A stretch of 64,000 bases of DNA from an uncultured Thermoprotei archaeon (GTDB lineage: Archaea; Thermoproteota; Thermoprotei; Thermofilales; B15-G2). The notes under the pieces are model-generated. The model was given only the letters and a program-made list of their open reading frames with translations, was not told the DNA's origin and searched no databases. The stretch lies in the NCBI GenBank assembly GCA_965367815.1, contig CBDUKN010000004.1, positions 32,001-96,000 of the forward strand, written 5' to 3'. Of this stretch, positions 20,797-29,782 are shown piece by piece. Positions within the stretch are counted from its first letter, which is position 1, and every line of letters starts with the position of its first letter. A program made the position numbers and the translations under genes.

Positions 20797-22203
20797 TTAA
20801 AATCGGAGTGCTGACAGGAGAAGTATAAGTAAAGTCGCTTGAGCAAATCCCGCGGCAAAAGGTCTTATTTTCTTTGCATATAACTTAATGTCGGTTTTAA
20901 TAATGAAATATTTGGCTGCCCCAGCAATTATGGAGAAAGCGAGCAGCGCTATATTTTGCCCGACAATTATACCGTGTGGAATAGCATAAGGGGTTAAAGG
21001 CAACCATTCGAAAAATGTTCTTAACAGTTCTACTGTAACAGCTACTAGCAGGAGAATATATACGTCATGAGAAATAGTCACTGCAGTAAATCTTGAAAAA
21101 AGTCCCAAGTTATAAGCCCCGTTTTCAAAGACGTACAGCATTGAAGCGATGACTGAAGTTACTCCTGATAGAAATAAAATGTATCTAGTTCTTTCTCGTT
21201 TTTTCTTTAGGCTTTGAAAGCATAGACCCTCGAAAAGCATAGCTGGTAGAGGGAAAAATAGAGTTAGCGCTAACAAGGCATTTGCAGGAGATTGTATTCC
21301 TAAAGGGATAAAGAGGCCCTCACCTCTAACACGTGCTAAACCTAAAGAAATTATTATTAAAGAAAGTGAAATAGTTATAAACGATATATTTATTTCAATT
21401 ATTTTGTGCTGAAAAATCGTTAATATAAATATAAATAAAAGAAATGTAAATAAATAAAGATAGTTTATTTTAAATGTTGTGTTCTCGAAAAATGTTCTAT
21501 TTTTATAGTAGAGTATTGCTATTTCTAGCAAAGAGACTATTCCTAAAGCTAGTACTGAGTCAAATAATGTTAATGCATATGGAGAACTCATATTTGACAT
21601 ATTGTACATAATGTTGAACATTATTGCAAATATGGCTGTACTTAGAATATATGATACTGGGCTCAAAAAGATAGCTAGAGCTTGAACAGCTATTGAAGCC
21701 TGATTAAAGAAAGCAAGTTTATTTGAGCGGAAAAGCATTGTAGCTGAGAATATTAGTCCAAAAATTAAGCCTATTAGTTGCTCTTTTTTCGAGAGATTTA
21801 TTTTCATTAAATGTATAATAGGGTAATTTAGATTCATGAGATCCAACCAAATAGTCTCCAGCAGGTCCAAGATAAGCAGTGATAGCGATAAATACGCAAA
21901 AATAAGTAGAAATCCTTGAATAGCATTAAATTTCATTAAAAAGAATACTAATGATGAAGCTACTGCTGCAATGTATGCTCCAGCAATAATAGCGTTTTCA
22001 CGACCTTTAGGTGTATGCAGTACTTTGAAGAGGAGAGGAATTCCTAGTCCTATTAGTGGCACGAGTAACATAGGTAAGTTAAACACTGTTGGCCACTTAT
22101 TTAGAGCGAAGTGTGCAATAGTAGCTGTTACTAATACTGCTATACTGAATGTAAGCAGATTGGTTCTAGTGTGGGGGCTCATTTTTCTCGTTCTTAACTT
22201 CAA
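20797..22203 (-). CDS. Polytopic membrane protein, possibly OPT-superfamily (DUF6785/DUF6784-like)
   Basis: More than 12 hydrophobic segments; LNYP, RVRGEG and LY.KK.RPF..G motifs recall that family. Confidence 0.55.
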   Translation of the reverse strand: MKLRTRKMSPHTRTNLLTFSIAVLVTATIAHFALNKWPTVFNLPMLLVPLIGLGIPLLFKVLHTPKGRENAIIAGAYIAAVASSLVFFLMKFNAIQGFLLIFAYLSLSLLILDLLETIWLDLMNLNYPIIHLMKINLSKKEQLIGLIFGLIFSATMLFRSNKLAFFNQASIAVQALAIFLSPVSYILSTAIFAIMFNIMYNMSNMSSPYALTLFDSVLALGIVSLLEIAILYYKNRTFFENTTFKINYLYLFTFLLFIFILTIFQHKIIEINISFITISLSLIIISLGLARVRGEGLFIPLGIQSPANALLALTLFFPLPAMLFEGLCFQSLKKKRERTRYILFLSGVTSVIASMLYVFENGAYNLGLFSRFTAVTISHDVYILLLVAVTVELLRTFFEWLPLTPYAIPHGIIVGQNIALLAFSIIAGAAKYFIIKTDIKLYAKKIRPFAAGFAQATLLILLLSALRF

Positions 22204-22246
22204 AGCTCAAGTATATTAATGAGACTGTGATTAAACATTAAGGAGT

Positions 22247-22618
22247 ATGTATATTATGCTTAGAGAAGCTCTAAAGGACTTTCTCCGAGAACATAATCTG
22301 ACTCTTGAGGAAGTGCTAAGCCTAATGGACGAGGAAGACAGAGATAGTTTACGAGCATCATTAATAAAGAGAATAGCGCTTTCACCTAAAGAGCTTGACG
22401 CATTAGAGAAAAACTATACAGCGCGCCAGCTTAACTTGCTAATATTGGCTATACAAGTGTTTTACTTGTCGAATCCAAGTGGACTATATAAAGGGAGACT
22501 GATAATTCCTCTTCGCGACGAAGTAGTAGGTCAAGATGGAAGAATTACATCAAAAGGGCTTAGGTTAATATTAAAGTCCCTCGGGCTTAAACCTAGATGG
22601 ACTACTGCAGCGTTCTAG
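22247..22618 (+). CDS. Conserved hypothetical protein
   Basis: SD AGGAG upstream, normal composition; followed directly by a C/D sRNA. Confidence 0.7.
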   Translation: MYIMLREALKDFLREHNLTLEEVLSLMDEEDRDSLRASLIKRIALSPKELDALEKNYTARQLNLLILAIQVFYLSNPSGLYKGRLIIPLRDEVVGQDGRITSKGLRLILKSLGLKPRWTTAAF

Positions 22619-22666
22619 ATGATGAGCCTCGTAAGGAGCGAGCAATGAGCGAAAACCCCTAGCTGA
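22619..22666 (+). ncRNA. C/D-box sRNA; D' guide complementary to the tRNA-Val(UAC) anticodon loop
   Basis: Box C ATGATGA 22619-22625, D'-like GCGA 22638-22641, degenerate C', D CTGA 22663-22666; guide GCCTCGTAAGG is the reverse complement of CCUUACGAGGC. Confidence 0.8.
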
Positions 22667-22667
22667 T

Positions 22668-23822
22668 TTAGTGAATTTCTACTATGTCGCCATCGCATAA
22701 TATAAAGTCAAGTCCTACTTTTTGGGGACTAAAAGGCAATCTTGAACTCCAGACTTTAGCATACTTTACTTTTCTGTTTGAAAGCGACGGAATTTTCTCT
22801 ATTAATTCTGAGACTTTAATTAAGCCTTTAACAACGAGTGGTCTTCTTGAAGGGGGTTTTCCAGGCTCCTTTAAGTATATTCTATTTAGGTCTAGAAGCT
22901 TCATTAGTGTATCAAATAGTTCTCCTATGTTTATATCGCCTGTAATGCATGAGACGAAAAACACGGAACACGTAATACCTATGCTTCTAACTATTTCTTT
23001 TTTGTCTTCATCTGATAGAGCTTCGCTTTTATTAACTAGGATTACTGCAGGCTTATACACAGTGCTTTCGAAGAGAGCGTTTTCTATGTCGTCTAAAGTT
23101 ACTTCTCCCACTATTTTTATTACCGCGTGATATATACCATAGCTTCTAAGTAAATTTACAGCATCGTCTCTAGTGAAGTTTTTGCATTCCCCTACAACCA
23201 TTATTCCTCCTGATCTTTTTCTTTCTATTTTTACTATTCCCTTTGGTTTTTTAAATATTATATTCAAGTTCTTTAATTTCTCTTCTAAGAGATAGAATTG
23301 ATTTATAGGATTGTTAAGTGCATCTAAAACTATTATCACTCCGTCTGCATTGCGAATCAGTGTGGCTACCTGTCTGTCAATAGTAGTAAATTTGTAAGGG
23401 TCTTCTGATAGTGAAGGTGTGTCTACTAGCTGTATATATATGTCTTTATGTACGGCCATGCCAGGTACAGGTTTCTTAGTGGCATAGGGTATCTCTGAAG
23501 CTTCTGTTTTTGCATTTGTTATTTTTGATAAAAGAGTGCTTTTTCCACTATTCGGAAAGCCAATTATAACAATCTGTATGTCTCCTTCTTTTTCAACAAA
23601 TAATTTCGGTCCCTTGCCCTTTTTTCTTTTCTTACTTTCCTCTATTTCTCTCCTCAGTACAGCGATCTTATGTCTTATTTGCGATACTAGTTTCTCTGTG
23701 CCTTTGTGCTTAGGTACTGCCGACAAGAACTCCTGAAGCGCTTTCAGTTTTTCTTCAGGAGTTCTTGCTTCAAGATATTTTCTCCACTTAGCCTTAGCTT
23801 CTGCTGGAAGATTAGCTGGCAT
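22668..23822 (-). CDS. DRG/OBG-family GTPase with TGS domain
   Basis: MPANLP.EA, PKHKGTE, GFPNSGKS, DTP, NK, Q.VGLD..L.DGDIVEIH. Confidence 0.92.
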   Translation of the reverse strand: MPANLPAEAKAKWRKYLEARTPEEKLKALQEFLSAVPKHKGTEKLVSQIRHKIAVLRREIEESKKRKKGKGPKLFVEKEGDIQIVIIGFPNSGKSTLLSKITNAKTEASEIPYATKKPVPGMAVHKDIYIQLVDTPSLSEDPYKFTTIDRQVATLIRNADGVIIVLDALNNPINQFYLLEEKLKNLNIIFKKPKGIVKIERKRSGGIMVVGECKNFTRDDAVNLLRSYGIYHAVIKIVGEVTLDDIENALFESTVYKPAVILVNKSEALSDEDKKEIVRSIGITCSVFFVSCITGDINIGELFDTLMKLLDLNRIYLKEPGKPPSRRPLVVKGLIKVSELIEKIPSLSNRKVKYAKVWSSRLPFSPQKVGLDFILCDGDIVEIH

Positions 23823-23951
23823 GTCGTGAAGTATATTTAAGGCAAAATTAATAAACTGTGCGCATTAATCTCGGTGCTGTTTTCATAGACCGGAAGTACA
23901 GAGTTTTTTGAAAGAATAGTTATTTATTGTTCTCGGGATATAGTCCTCACC

Positions 23952-24164
23952 ATGGGGAGTCAGTGTCCGTTCCTTCAGCAGACAGGGGACGGTAAGCGCT
24001 GTGTTCTATTATCTCCGGAGGACTGGAGAATACGTAAAAGTAGGCTTGAGCAATATTGCTTTAATGGTGGCAGAGATTGTCCAGTAATGTTCATGATGTA
24101 CAGAGCTAATGGAGGAAAAGTGTTCTTGAATGATTTAAGGAAGAAGGAAAACATGCTAAAGTAA
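23952..24164 (+). CDS. Small 4-Cys putative metal-binding protein
   Basis: CPFL...C...YC...CP in 70 aa. Confidence 0.65.
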   Translation: MGSQCPFLQQTGDGKRCVLLSPEDWRIRKSRLEQYCFNGGRDCPVMFMMYRANGGKVFLNDLRKKENMLK

Positions 24165-24214
24165 AAGAAATTATTTCGGTGGGCAGGTCTAAACTGTGTA
24201 TATTTTAAACGATT

Positions 24215-26431
24215 TTATTCGGTGAGAGATATATAGGTCGCTTTAGTAGTCTTTGCTATTTTTAGCATTACTTCTGTTCCTGTAAGGATTTCGTATGAAG
24301 TGTAAGAAAATAGTGGTAGTTTATGCCTAGTATTTATAACTACCATAGGTATTTCTGCTTTAGCTATTAGTCTAGCTACTTCAATTAAATCGTTTACAGC
24401 AGGATCTAGTGAATAGTAGTGGAAAGCCGATATTGGCTTTGGCAAAGGTACATTTGCATTGCCATCGCTTATAAGTACTATTAGGGGGATATAGCCTCTC
24501 CTTTTTTCTGTCAAAGCAAGTTTGTATGCCTCTAGCAGACCTGAGGCTAGTGGAGTGAAGTCGCTAAGCCCTACTTTTGATAGCTTTTGTTCAAATAAAT
24601 TGAAGTTAGTTACTGGGTGAAGGATTAAGTGAGCGCTGTAGCCTTTGCAGACAATGAGGGATATGCGGTCTCTCTTCTTGAGAACGTGACATCTTATGGC
24701 ATACAAGGCTCTCCTCAGTTCCTTAAGAGAATATATCATTGATGCGCTGCAGTCCAGCACGACAATTAGCGTTATTTTTGCTCTGCCTTCTCTTAAGTTT
24801 GCTCTAAGGTCTTCAGGCGATACTTTGAGACTCCTTTTTCGTCTCGCAGCTGTACGCAGAGAAGCTGGTATATTAATATCTTTTGATAGTTTGCGTGGAA
24901 GAATATGGCCTAGAATCCTGCCACCTGATCTTATTTTCTCTCGACCATATTTTCTCGCATGCAAGGTCTTGTATGTTATGCCCAGTTCAATTAACTTAGA
25001 GACATCTATTTCTTCTTTAAAGAACTTTACTCCTTTGGAAATAATGGGTCTTTTTGGAAATTTGCGAGGGAGAGACTGTGAATAATCTGCAATGAAGCCT
25101 TTAGAGCTGTATGCAATTATGGCTGTGTCTGAAAAATACTTCTTTCTAGATAGGAAGGCGTCCAATAGCAGTAGCAGTATGAGTGTTAATATAAGCAGGT
25201 TTATATCTATTAATGCTATTATTATTAATAGAGTTATTATAACTGTAAAAATTATATAGCGAAAAAACTTGAATTTAAGTAAATTCCATTTAATGTTCTT
25301 TATTTTATGTTGTGCAGTTCTCGAAAAGGAGAAGCAGTGGGTAGTATCTTTTTTTGTTTTTATAGAATCTTTAGGAGAAGCTTTTGAAAAAAGCTGCATT
25401 TCTTTAGTGGCTTCGCGGAGAGCCTTATCTATCTCAAGAGGTTCTGGAGGAGGCTTAAGCCCGCCAGCCCTAGTTCTATGCGCTAAAGAAAGTTTAAGCG
25501 CCTTAGATACATCTTCTATAGTGACTTCAGTTCTTCCGTCAAGTGCTGCTATTGTCTTGGCAACTCTAGCTGTTACTATATCTGGTCTGTAGCCGTCGAC
25601 GTCTAGTATACTACATGTTTTAGCAATTAGCAAAAGAGTATCTTCGCCTATAGTGACTCTATGTAAAATATGGCGGGCACGTATTATCTTGTGTTTAATA
25701 TCTTCTTGAGCTTTTTCAAACATGTTAAATACTTCTGAAGGATTTTCGTCAAAGAGCAAGTTTAATCTTATTATTTCGGCTCTGAGCTTAGGGTCTTTGA
25801 TTGTATGTAGTTTAACACAAATAGCGAAACGGTCTAGTAGCTGGGGACGGAGTTCACCTTCTTCGGGATTCATGCTGCCAATGAGAATGAACTTAGAGGG
25901 ATGTTTTAGGGATACTCCTTCTCTTTCAATAATACTCCATCCAGATGCAGCGGCATCTAATATTATGTCTACGAGGTGATCTGGAAGCAAGTTAACTTCA
26001 TCTATGTATAAGATATTTCTATTGGCTCTAGCTAGAAGACCAGGTTCGAATACTGTTCTTCCCTCCTTTAATGTGCGCTCAATATCTATTGTACCCAATA
26101 CGCTGTCCTCAGTGGCGCCTATAGGAAGTTCCACGACCTTCATTTTCTTGTACTCGACTGGAAGTTTCCCGTATTTCTCGAGTCTTTTTCTACAGTTATC
26201 ACACATTTCTCTTACATCGAATGGATTACAGTTAAAGGGGCAGTCCTTGACTACAGGAATTTCAGGTAGCAAGTCTGCAAAAGCTCTAACAATGCTTGAT
26301 TTTCCTGTACCTTTAGGACCTAGTATTAAAAGCCCCCTTATTTGCGGATTCACGGCTAAGCACATTAATGCGAGTTTTAGATCATCTAGTCCCACAAATG
26401 CTGCGAAAGGTAGTGTTCTCACTGTCTTCAA
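24215..26431 (-). CDS. Mg/Co-chelatase ChlI/ChlD-like AAA+ ATPase with internal membrane segment and vWA domain
   Basis: PF.A.VG, GPKGTGKS, LYIDEVNLL, MNPEEGELRPQLLDRF; about 40-aa hydrophobic stretch; MIDAS DCSASM, TPL, ISDG. Confidence 0.85.
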   Translation of the reverse strand: MKTVRTLPFAAFVGLDDLKLALMCLAVNPQIRGLLILGPKGTGKSSIVRAFADLLPEIPVVKDCPFNCNPFDVREMCDNCRKRLEKYGKLPVEYKKMKVVELPIGATEDSVLGTIDIERTLKEGRTVFEPGLLARANRNILYIDEVNLLPDHLVDIILDAAASGWSIIEREGVSLKHPSKFILIGSMNPEEGELRPQLLDRFAICVKLHTIKDPKLRAEIIRLNLLFDENPSEVFNMFEKAQEDIKHKIIRARHILHRVTIGEDTLLLIAKTCSILDVDGYRPDIVTARVAKTIAALDGRTEVTIEDVSKALKLSLAHRTRAGGLKPPPEPLEIDKALREATKEMQLFSKASPKDSIKTKKDTTHCFSFSRTAQHKIKNIKWNLLKFKFFRYIIFTVIITLLIIIALIDINLLILTLILLLLLDAFLSRKKYFSDTAIIAYSSKGFIADYSQSLPRKFPKRPIISKGVKFFKEEIDVSKLIELGITYKTLHARKYGREKIRSGGRILGHILPRKLSKDINIPASLRTAARRKRSLKVSPEDLRANLREGRAKITLIVVLDCSASMIYSLKELRRALYAIRCHVLKKRDRISLIVCKGYSAHLILHPVTNFNLFEQKLSKVGLSDFTPLASGLLEAYKLALTEKRRGYIPLIVLISDGNANVPLPKPISAFHYYSLDPAVNDLIEVARLIAKAEIPMVVINTRHKLPLFSYTSYEILTGTEVMLKIAKTTKATYISLTE

Positions 26432-26529
26432 TAATATATTGGCAGACCATAAAATAATATTTATTCTCTTTACGGCTAAGTTTATAAAGCCTCGTTATGT
26501 TATCACTTATTGTGTCTAAGGAGCATTTC

Positions 26530-27552
26530 ATGTATAAAGAGATCTACGAGGGACCTGACGCTATTCTGAAAACTTTAAGCGAGGAAAAAGACAATGCTGA
26601 GAAAATAGCTCGAGAAATTCCTGAAGGCAAATTTAAGGCAATACATATTATCGGAAGTGGAACGAGTTTTCATGCAAGCTTAGTGCTACAATACTATTTA
26701 AGTGCCTTAGGAAAAGTAGAAAGCACGGCAATTCCGGCCTCAGAATATCTTCTCTGGAACCCTGAATTAGACAAGTATGCCGTAATAGCTTACAGCCAGT
26801 CAGGTGAAAGCGGCGATATAATCGAGGCTCTTGAAAAAATTGACAGAAGCAAGGCGAGGATCTACGGAATAACCAATACTCCTGGAAGTACTCTAACCAA
26901 GATATCCGATTTCTCTATAGTAACAAGAGCTGGTGAAGAAAAAGCAGTTACCGCTACAAAGACCTTTGATGTGCAAATAGCTGCGGCAATAATGATTTCA
27001 GCGAGTATTAAGGAGGAGAATAAGCGCATTAGAGAGGGATTGGCTGAAGTTGCTGAAGACTTAAAGAAGATTCTGCCCGAAATAGACAAGGAAGCTGAAA
27101 AAATAAGCAGTGAGATCAAGGGAGCCGAAGACCTTTACGTGCTGGGAACTGGAAAATGTTATCCAATTGCCCTAGAGGCTGGACTCAAATTTAAGGAAGC
27201 GGCCTGTATTCACGCAGAAGCATTTGCCCTAAGAGAATTCCTGCATGGACCCGTGCAGCTAGTAGATGAAAGCACTCCTGTCATCATAATTCTTCACAAT
27301 AAAACAGCTAGAGAGCGAGCAGAAAAAGTCATTAAAAAGCTCAAACAGTACAAGCCACCTATAATAGCTATTCACAGCGAAGAAATAAAAGTAGATGACT
27401 TTGCAAGCGAAGCAATAAGCATACCTATAAAGGATGACATATATGCAACACTATACACTGTGAAAGCTATTCAACTGCTATCATATCACACAAGTATAGC
27501 TCGCGGATTAAACCCAGATAGTCCCACTAAGCTCACAAAGGTCGTTAAGTAA
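26530..27552 (+). CDS. SIS-domain sugar-phosphate isomerase/deaminase (GlmS C-terminal-like, no glutaminase domain)
   Basis: M..EI.E.P, GSGTS.HA, SQSGE, ATKT, E.GLK.KE, EF.HGP, PD.P..LTKVV; start moved to ATG 26530 after SD AAGGAG. Confidence 0.88.
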   Translation: MYKEIYEGPDAILKTLSEEKDNAEKIAREIPEGKFKAIHIIGSGTSFHASLVLQYYLSALGKVESTAIPASEYLLWNPELDKYAVIAYSQSGESGDIIEALEKIDRSKARIYGITNTPGSTLTKISDFSIVTRAGEEKAVTATKTFDVQIAAAIMISASIKEENKRIREGLAEVAEDLKKILPEIDKEAEKISSEIKGAEDLYVLGTGKCYPIALEAGLKFKEAACIHAEAFALREFLHGPVQLVDESTPVIIILHNKTARERAEKVIKKLKQYKPPIIAIHSEEIKVDDFASEAISIPIKDDIYATLYTVKAIQLLSYHTSIARGLNPDSPTKLTKVVK

Positions 27553-28577
27553 TGTTGGCGGTAGTTGTTGGAGGTTTTTTTGGAGACGAAGGAAAAGGAA
27601 AAATTTGTGCTTATTTGTCACTGGCAGATAAAGTAAAAGTTTCTGTTAGAACAGGGTCTGTTAACGCTGGACATACAGTAGTATACAAGGGTCGAGAGTA
27701 TAAGCTGAGAATTATTCCCTCAGCTTTTGTGAACAAAGAAGCCAGATTACTGATAGCTCCAGGAGCCAACTTAAGGCTTGACGTATTTTTTAGTGAGCTA
27801 AAAGAGCTCGAATGTTTTAACATAAAAAACAGAGTTGGCATTGACCAACATTGTAGCATTGTTGAGAGAAGGCACGTTGAAGAGGAAATGGCAAACGAGC
27901 ATCTGACTAAGAAAATAGGGAGTACTCGCCAAGGAGTAGGCGCGGCGGTTAGAGACAGAGTTATGAGAGTAGCTCGACTTGCAGAAGATATAGAGGAGCT
28001 TAAAGAGTTCATAACAGATGTTCCTTCAGAAATACAGAAGGCTTTGTCACGAGGAGACAATGTGTTAATAGAGGGCACTCAAGGAACATTTCTATCACTC
28101 TATCACGGAACCTATCCTTACGTAACTAGCAGGGACACTACAGCATCGGGAGTCTGTAGTGAAGCAGGAATAGGACCTAAGGATGTAGATGAAGTAGTAA
28201 TAGTTTTTAAGTCGTATGTTACGAGAGTAGGAGCAGGGCCTTTAGAGGGAGAATTGCCTTTAGAGGAGGCTAGGCGTAGAGGGCTACTAGAGTACGGTAC
28301 AGTTACAGGGAGACCTAGAAGAGTAGCACCCTTTAATTTCGAATTAGCTAAAAGGGCAGTTCTTCTAAATAGCGCTACTCAAATAGCTTTGACGAGAGTA
28401 GATTCTCTTGAACCATCTTGTAGAGGTATAAGAGAATATAGTAAATTACCTAAAAGCATCAAAGAGTTTATAGAAAAAATAGAAGATTATCTAAAAATAC
28501 CAGTATCTATTATAAGCACAGGTCCAGAAGTCGAGCACACTATAGACCGTCGAAAAGATCTTGGACTGTTAAGGTAG
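27552..28577 (+). CDS. purA: Adenylosuccinate synthetase (short archaeal form)
   Basis: GDEGKGK, NAGHT, IGST..G.G, EGTQG, YPYVTS, TVTGR.RR. Confidence 0.96.
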   Translation: MLAVVVGGFFGDEGKGKICAYLSLADKVKVSVRTGSVNAGHTVVYKGREYKLRIIPSAFVNKEARLLIAPGANLRLDVFFSELKELECFNIKNRVGIDQHCSIVERRHVEEEMANEHLTKKIGSTRQGVGAAVRDRVMRVARLAEDIEELKEFITDVPSEIQKALSRGDNVLIEGTQGTFLSLYHGTYPYVTSRDTTASGVCSEAGIGPKDVDEVVIVFKSYVTRVGAGPLEGELPLEEARRRGLLEYGTVTGRPRRVAPFNFELAKRAVLLNSATQIALTRVDSLEPSCRGIREYSKLPKSIKEFIEKIEDYLKIPVSIISTGPEVEHTIDRRKDLGLLR

Positions 28578-29336
28578 TGTAACGTAGTCTTCTCCGCCTG
28601 TATATATTTGCTGAAGAAGAATGTACAGCTTATCTAGGCCCTCGCCCGTATTGGAAGATACTGGGACTATTTTAAACGTCTCTACAATATCTGTAATTAG
28701 TTCGCATATTTTTTCATTGAAATGCCTTGAAGGAGTTTCTTCTTTAGCAAATTCCGCGAGTAGAGATTCTGGAGAGGAGATCCAAGTTTCTGCTTTTTCT
28801 ACATCTTTTTCACTTAATAAATCGCATTTTGTTAAAACTACTATTTGGGGCATGCTGAATCTGTAGAAGACAGAGACAGAAAGTAGCAAGGAGGAAATAA
28901 ATGTAGAAGGCGAGAGAGCAAAAACTGAGTCTATCAAAAATAAAATAGCGCTCCTTTCTTCTGCTAACTCGTTGACAATGTAGGTTCCAACAGTTCTAAA
29001 AGCAAAAATCTCCATTTGTCCTGGAGTGTCTATGAGCACATATCCGGTCTTGTAGCTTCTTATTTCGTCTTTAATTGTGTAGAGAGCTTCTGTTGCAAGT
29101 AAGTCAGTTGCAGCGATTATGGCTCCATTAGGACCTAGATTATATTTTCTCATGAGGTCTTGTGCTGTTAAATAATTTCTGACGTCGATATCAGGTTCAT
29201 ATGGAAGCCATTCTGCTGCGGGGTCTAAATTTACTGTAATGGCGGGGATATCGTTTGCGTCAAGCCATTTAGAGAATGATGCTGTTAAAGTGCTTTTGCC
29301 ACTACCTGCAGGGCCAATGATGAATACTGTCAACAT
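28569..29336 (-). CDS. GPN-loop GTPase (paralog 1)
   Basis: GPAGSGKS, NLDPA, LGPNGA, DTPGQME. Confidence 0.93.
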   Translation of the reverse strand: MLTVFIIGPAGSGKSTLTASFSKWLDANDIPAITVNLDPAAEWLPYEPDIDVRNYLTAQDLMRKYNLGPNGAIIAATDLLATEALYTIKDEIRSYKTGYVLIDTPGQMEIFAFRTVGTYIVNELAEERSAILFLIDSVFALSPSTFISSLLLSVSVFYRFSMPQIVVLTKCDLLSEKDVEKAETWISSPESLLAEFAKEETPSRHFNEKICELITDIVETFKIVPVSSNTGEGLDKLYILLQQIYTGGEDYVTLP

Positions 29337-29731
29337 TGTTCATGCACCAGTTTGAATAAGGGCTTTTTATTGGTTCTAATCTTTTTATAGACTTCTATTA
29401 CTTGTAGCGCGAAAACTCCATCGATATAGTCTTCTTGGTCTTTTAGAGTTCTGAATCCGTGGATCTTTAAGTCATGAATTACTTCTTCTACTTTCTTTCC
29501 TCTTCTTCTCTCGATATCACGTATAATGTCTTTAAATACTCTTTCATTGAAGTCTCCGTAGTCGTATATGCATGGAGGCTTAAGCTCGGGATCTATTTCG
29601 TTAATTAAGTCGAATAGTAATACACATGTTTCGGCGTCTCGTTCAGCGGGGCATCGTTCGTAGCAGTGAGTTAGAGCATAGTTGAGTAGCTTACGTAGAA
29701 GATCTTTACTTATTAAAACGTATTCGGTCAT
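29330..29731 (-). CDS. Hypothetical protein with HCxxxC...C...C cluster
   Basis: HCYERCP...TC...PPC; translationally coupled to the GPN GTPase. Confidence 0.65.
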   Translation of the reverse strand: MTEYVLISKDLLRKLLNYALTHCYERCPAERDAETCVLLFDLINEIDPELKPPCIYDYGDFNERVFKDIIRDIERRRGKKVEEVIHDLKIHGFRTLKDQEDYIDGVFALQVIEVYKKIRTNKKPLFKLVHEQC

Positions 29732-29782
29732 AGCTTTTCAGAATAATTTAGAAGTCCTTACTATAAGGTTAACTGAGATTGG

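Noticed and set aside
24215-26431. Chlorophyll or cobalamin biosynthesis call for the chelatase-like gene
   Set aside because: No ChlH/CobN or other tetrapyrrole genes in the window; only the fold is supported.
26497-27552. glmS call
   Set aside because: No N-terminal Cys glutaminase domain; SIS domains only.
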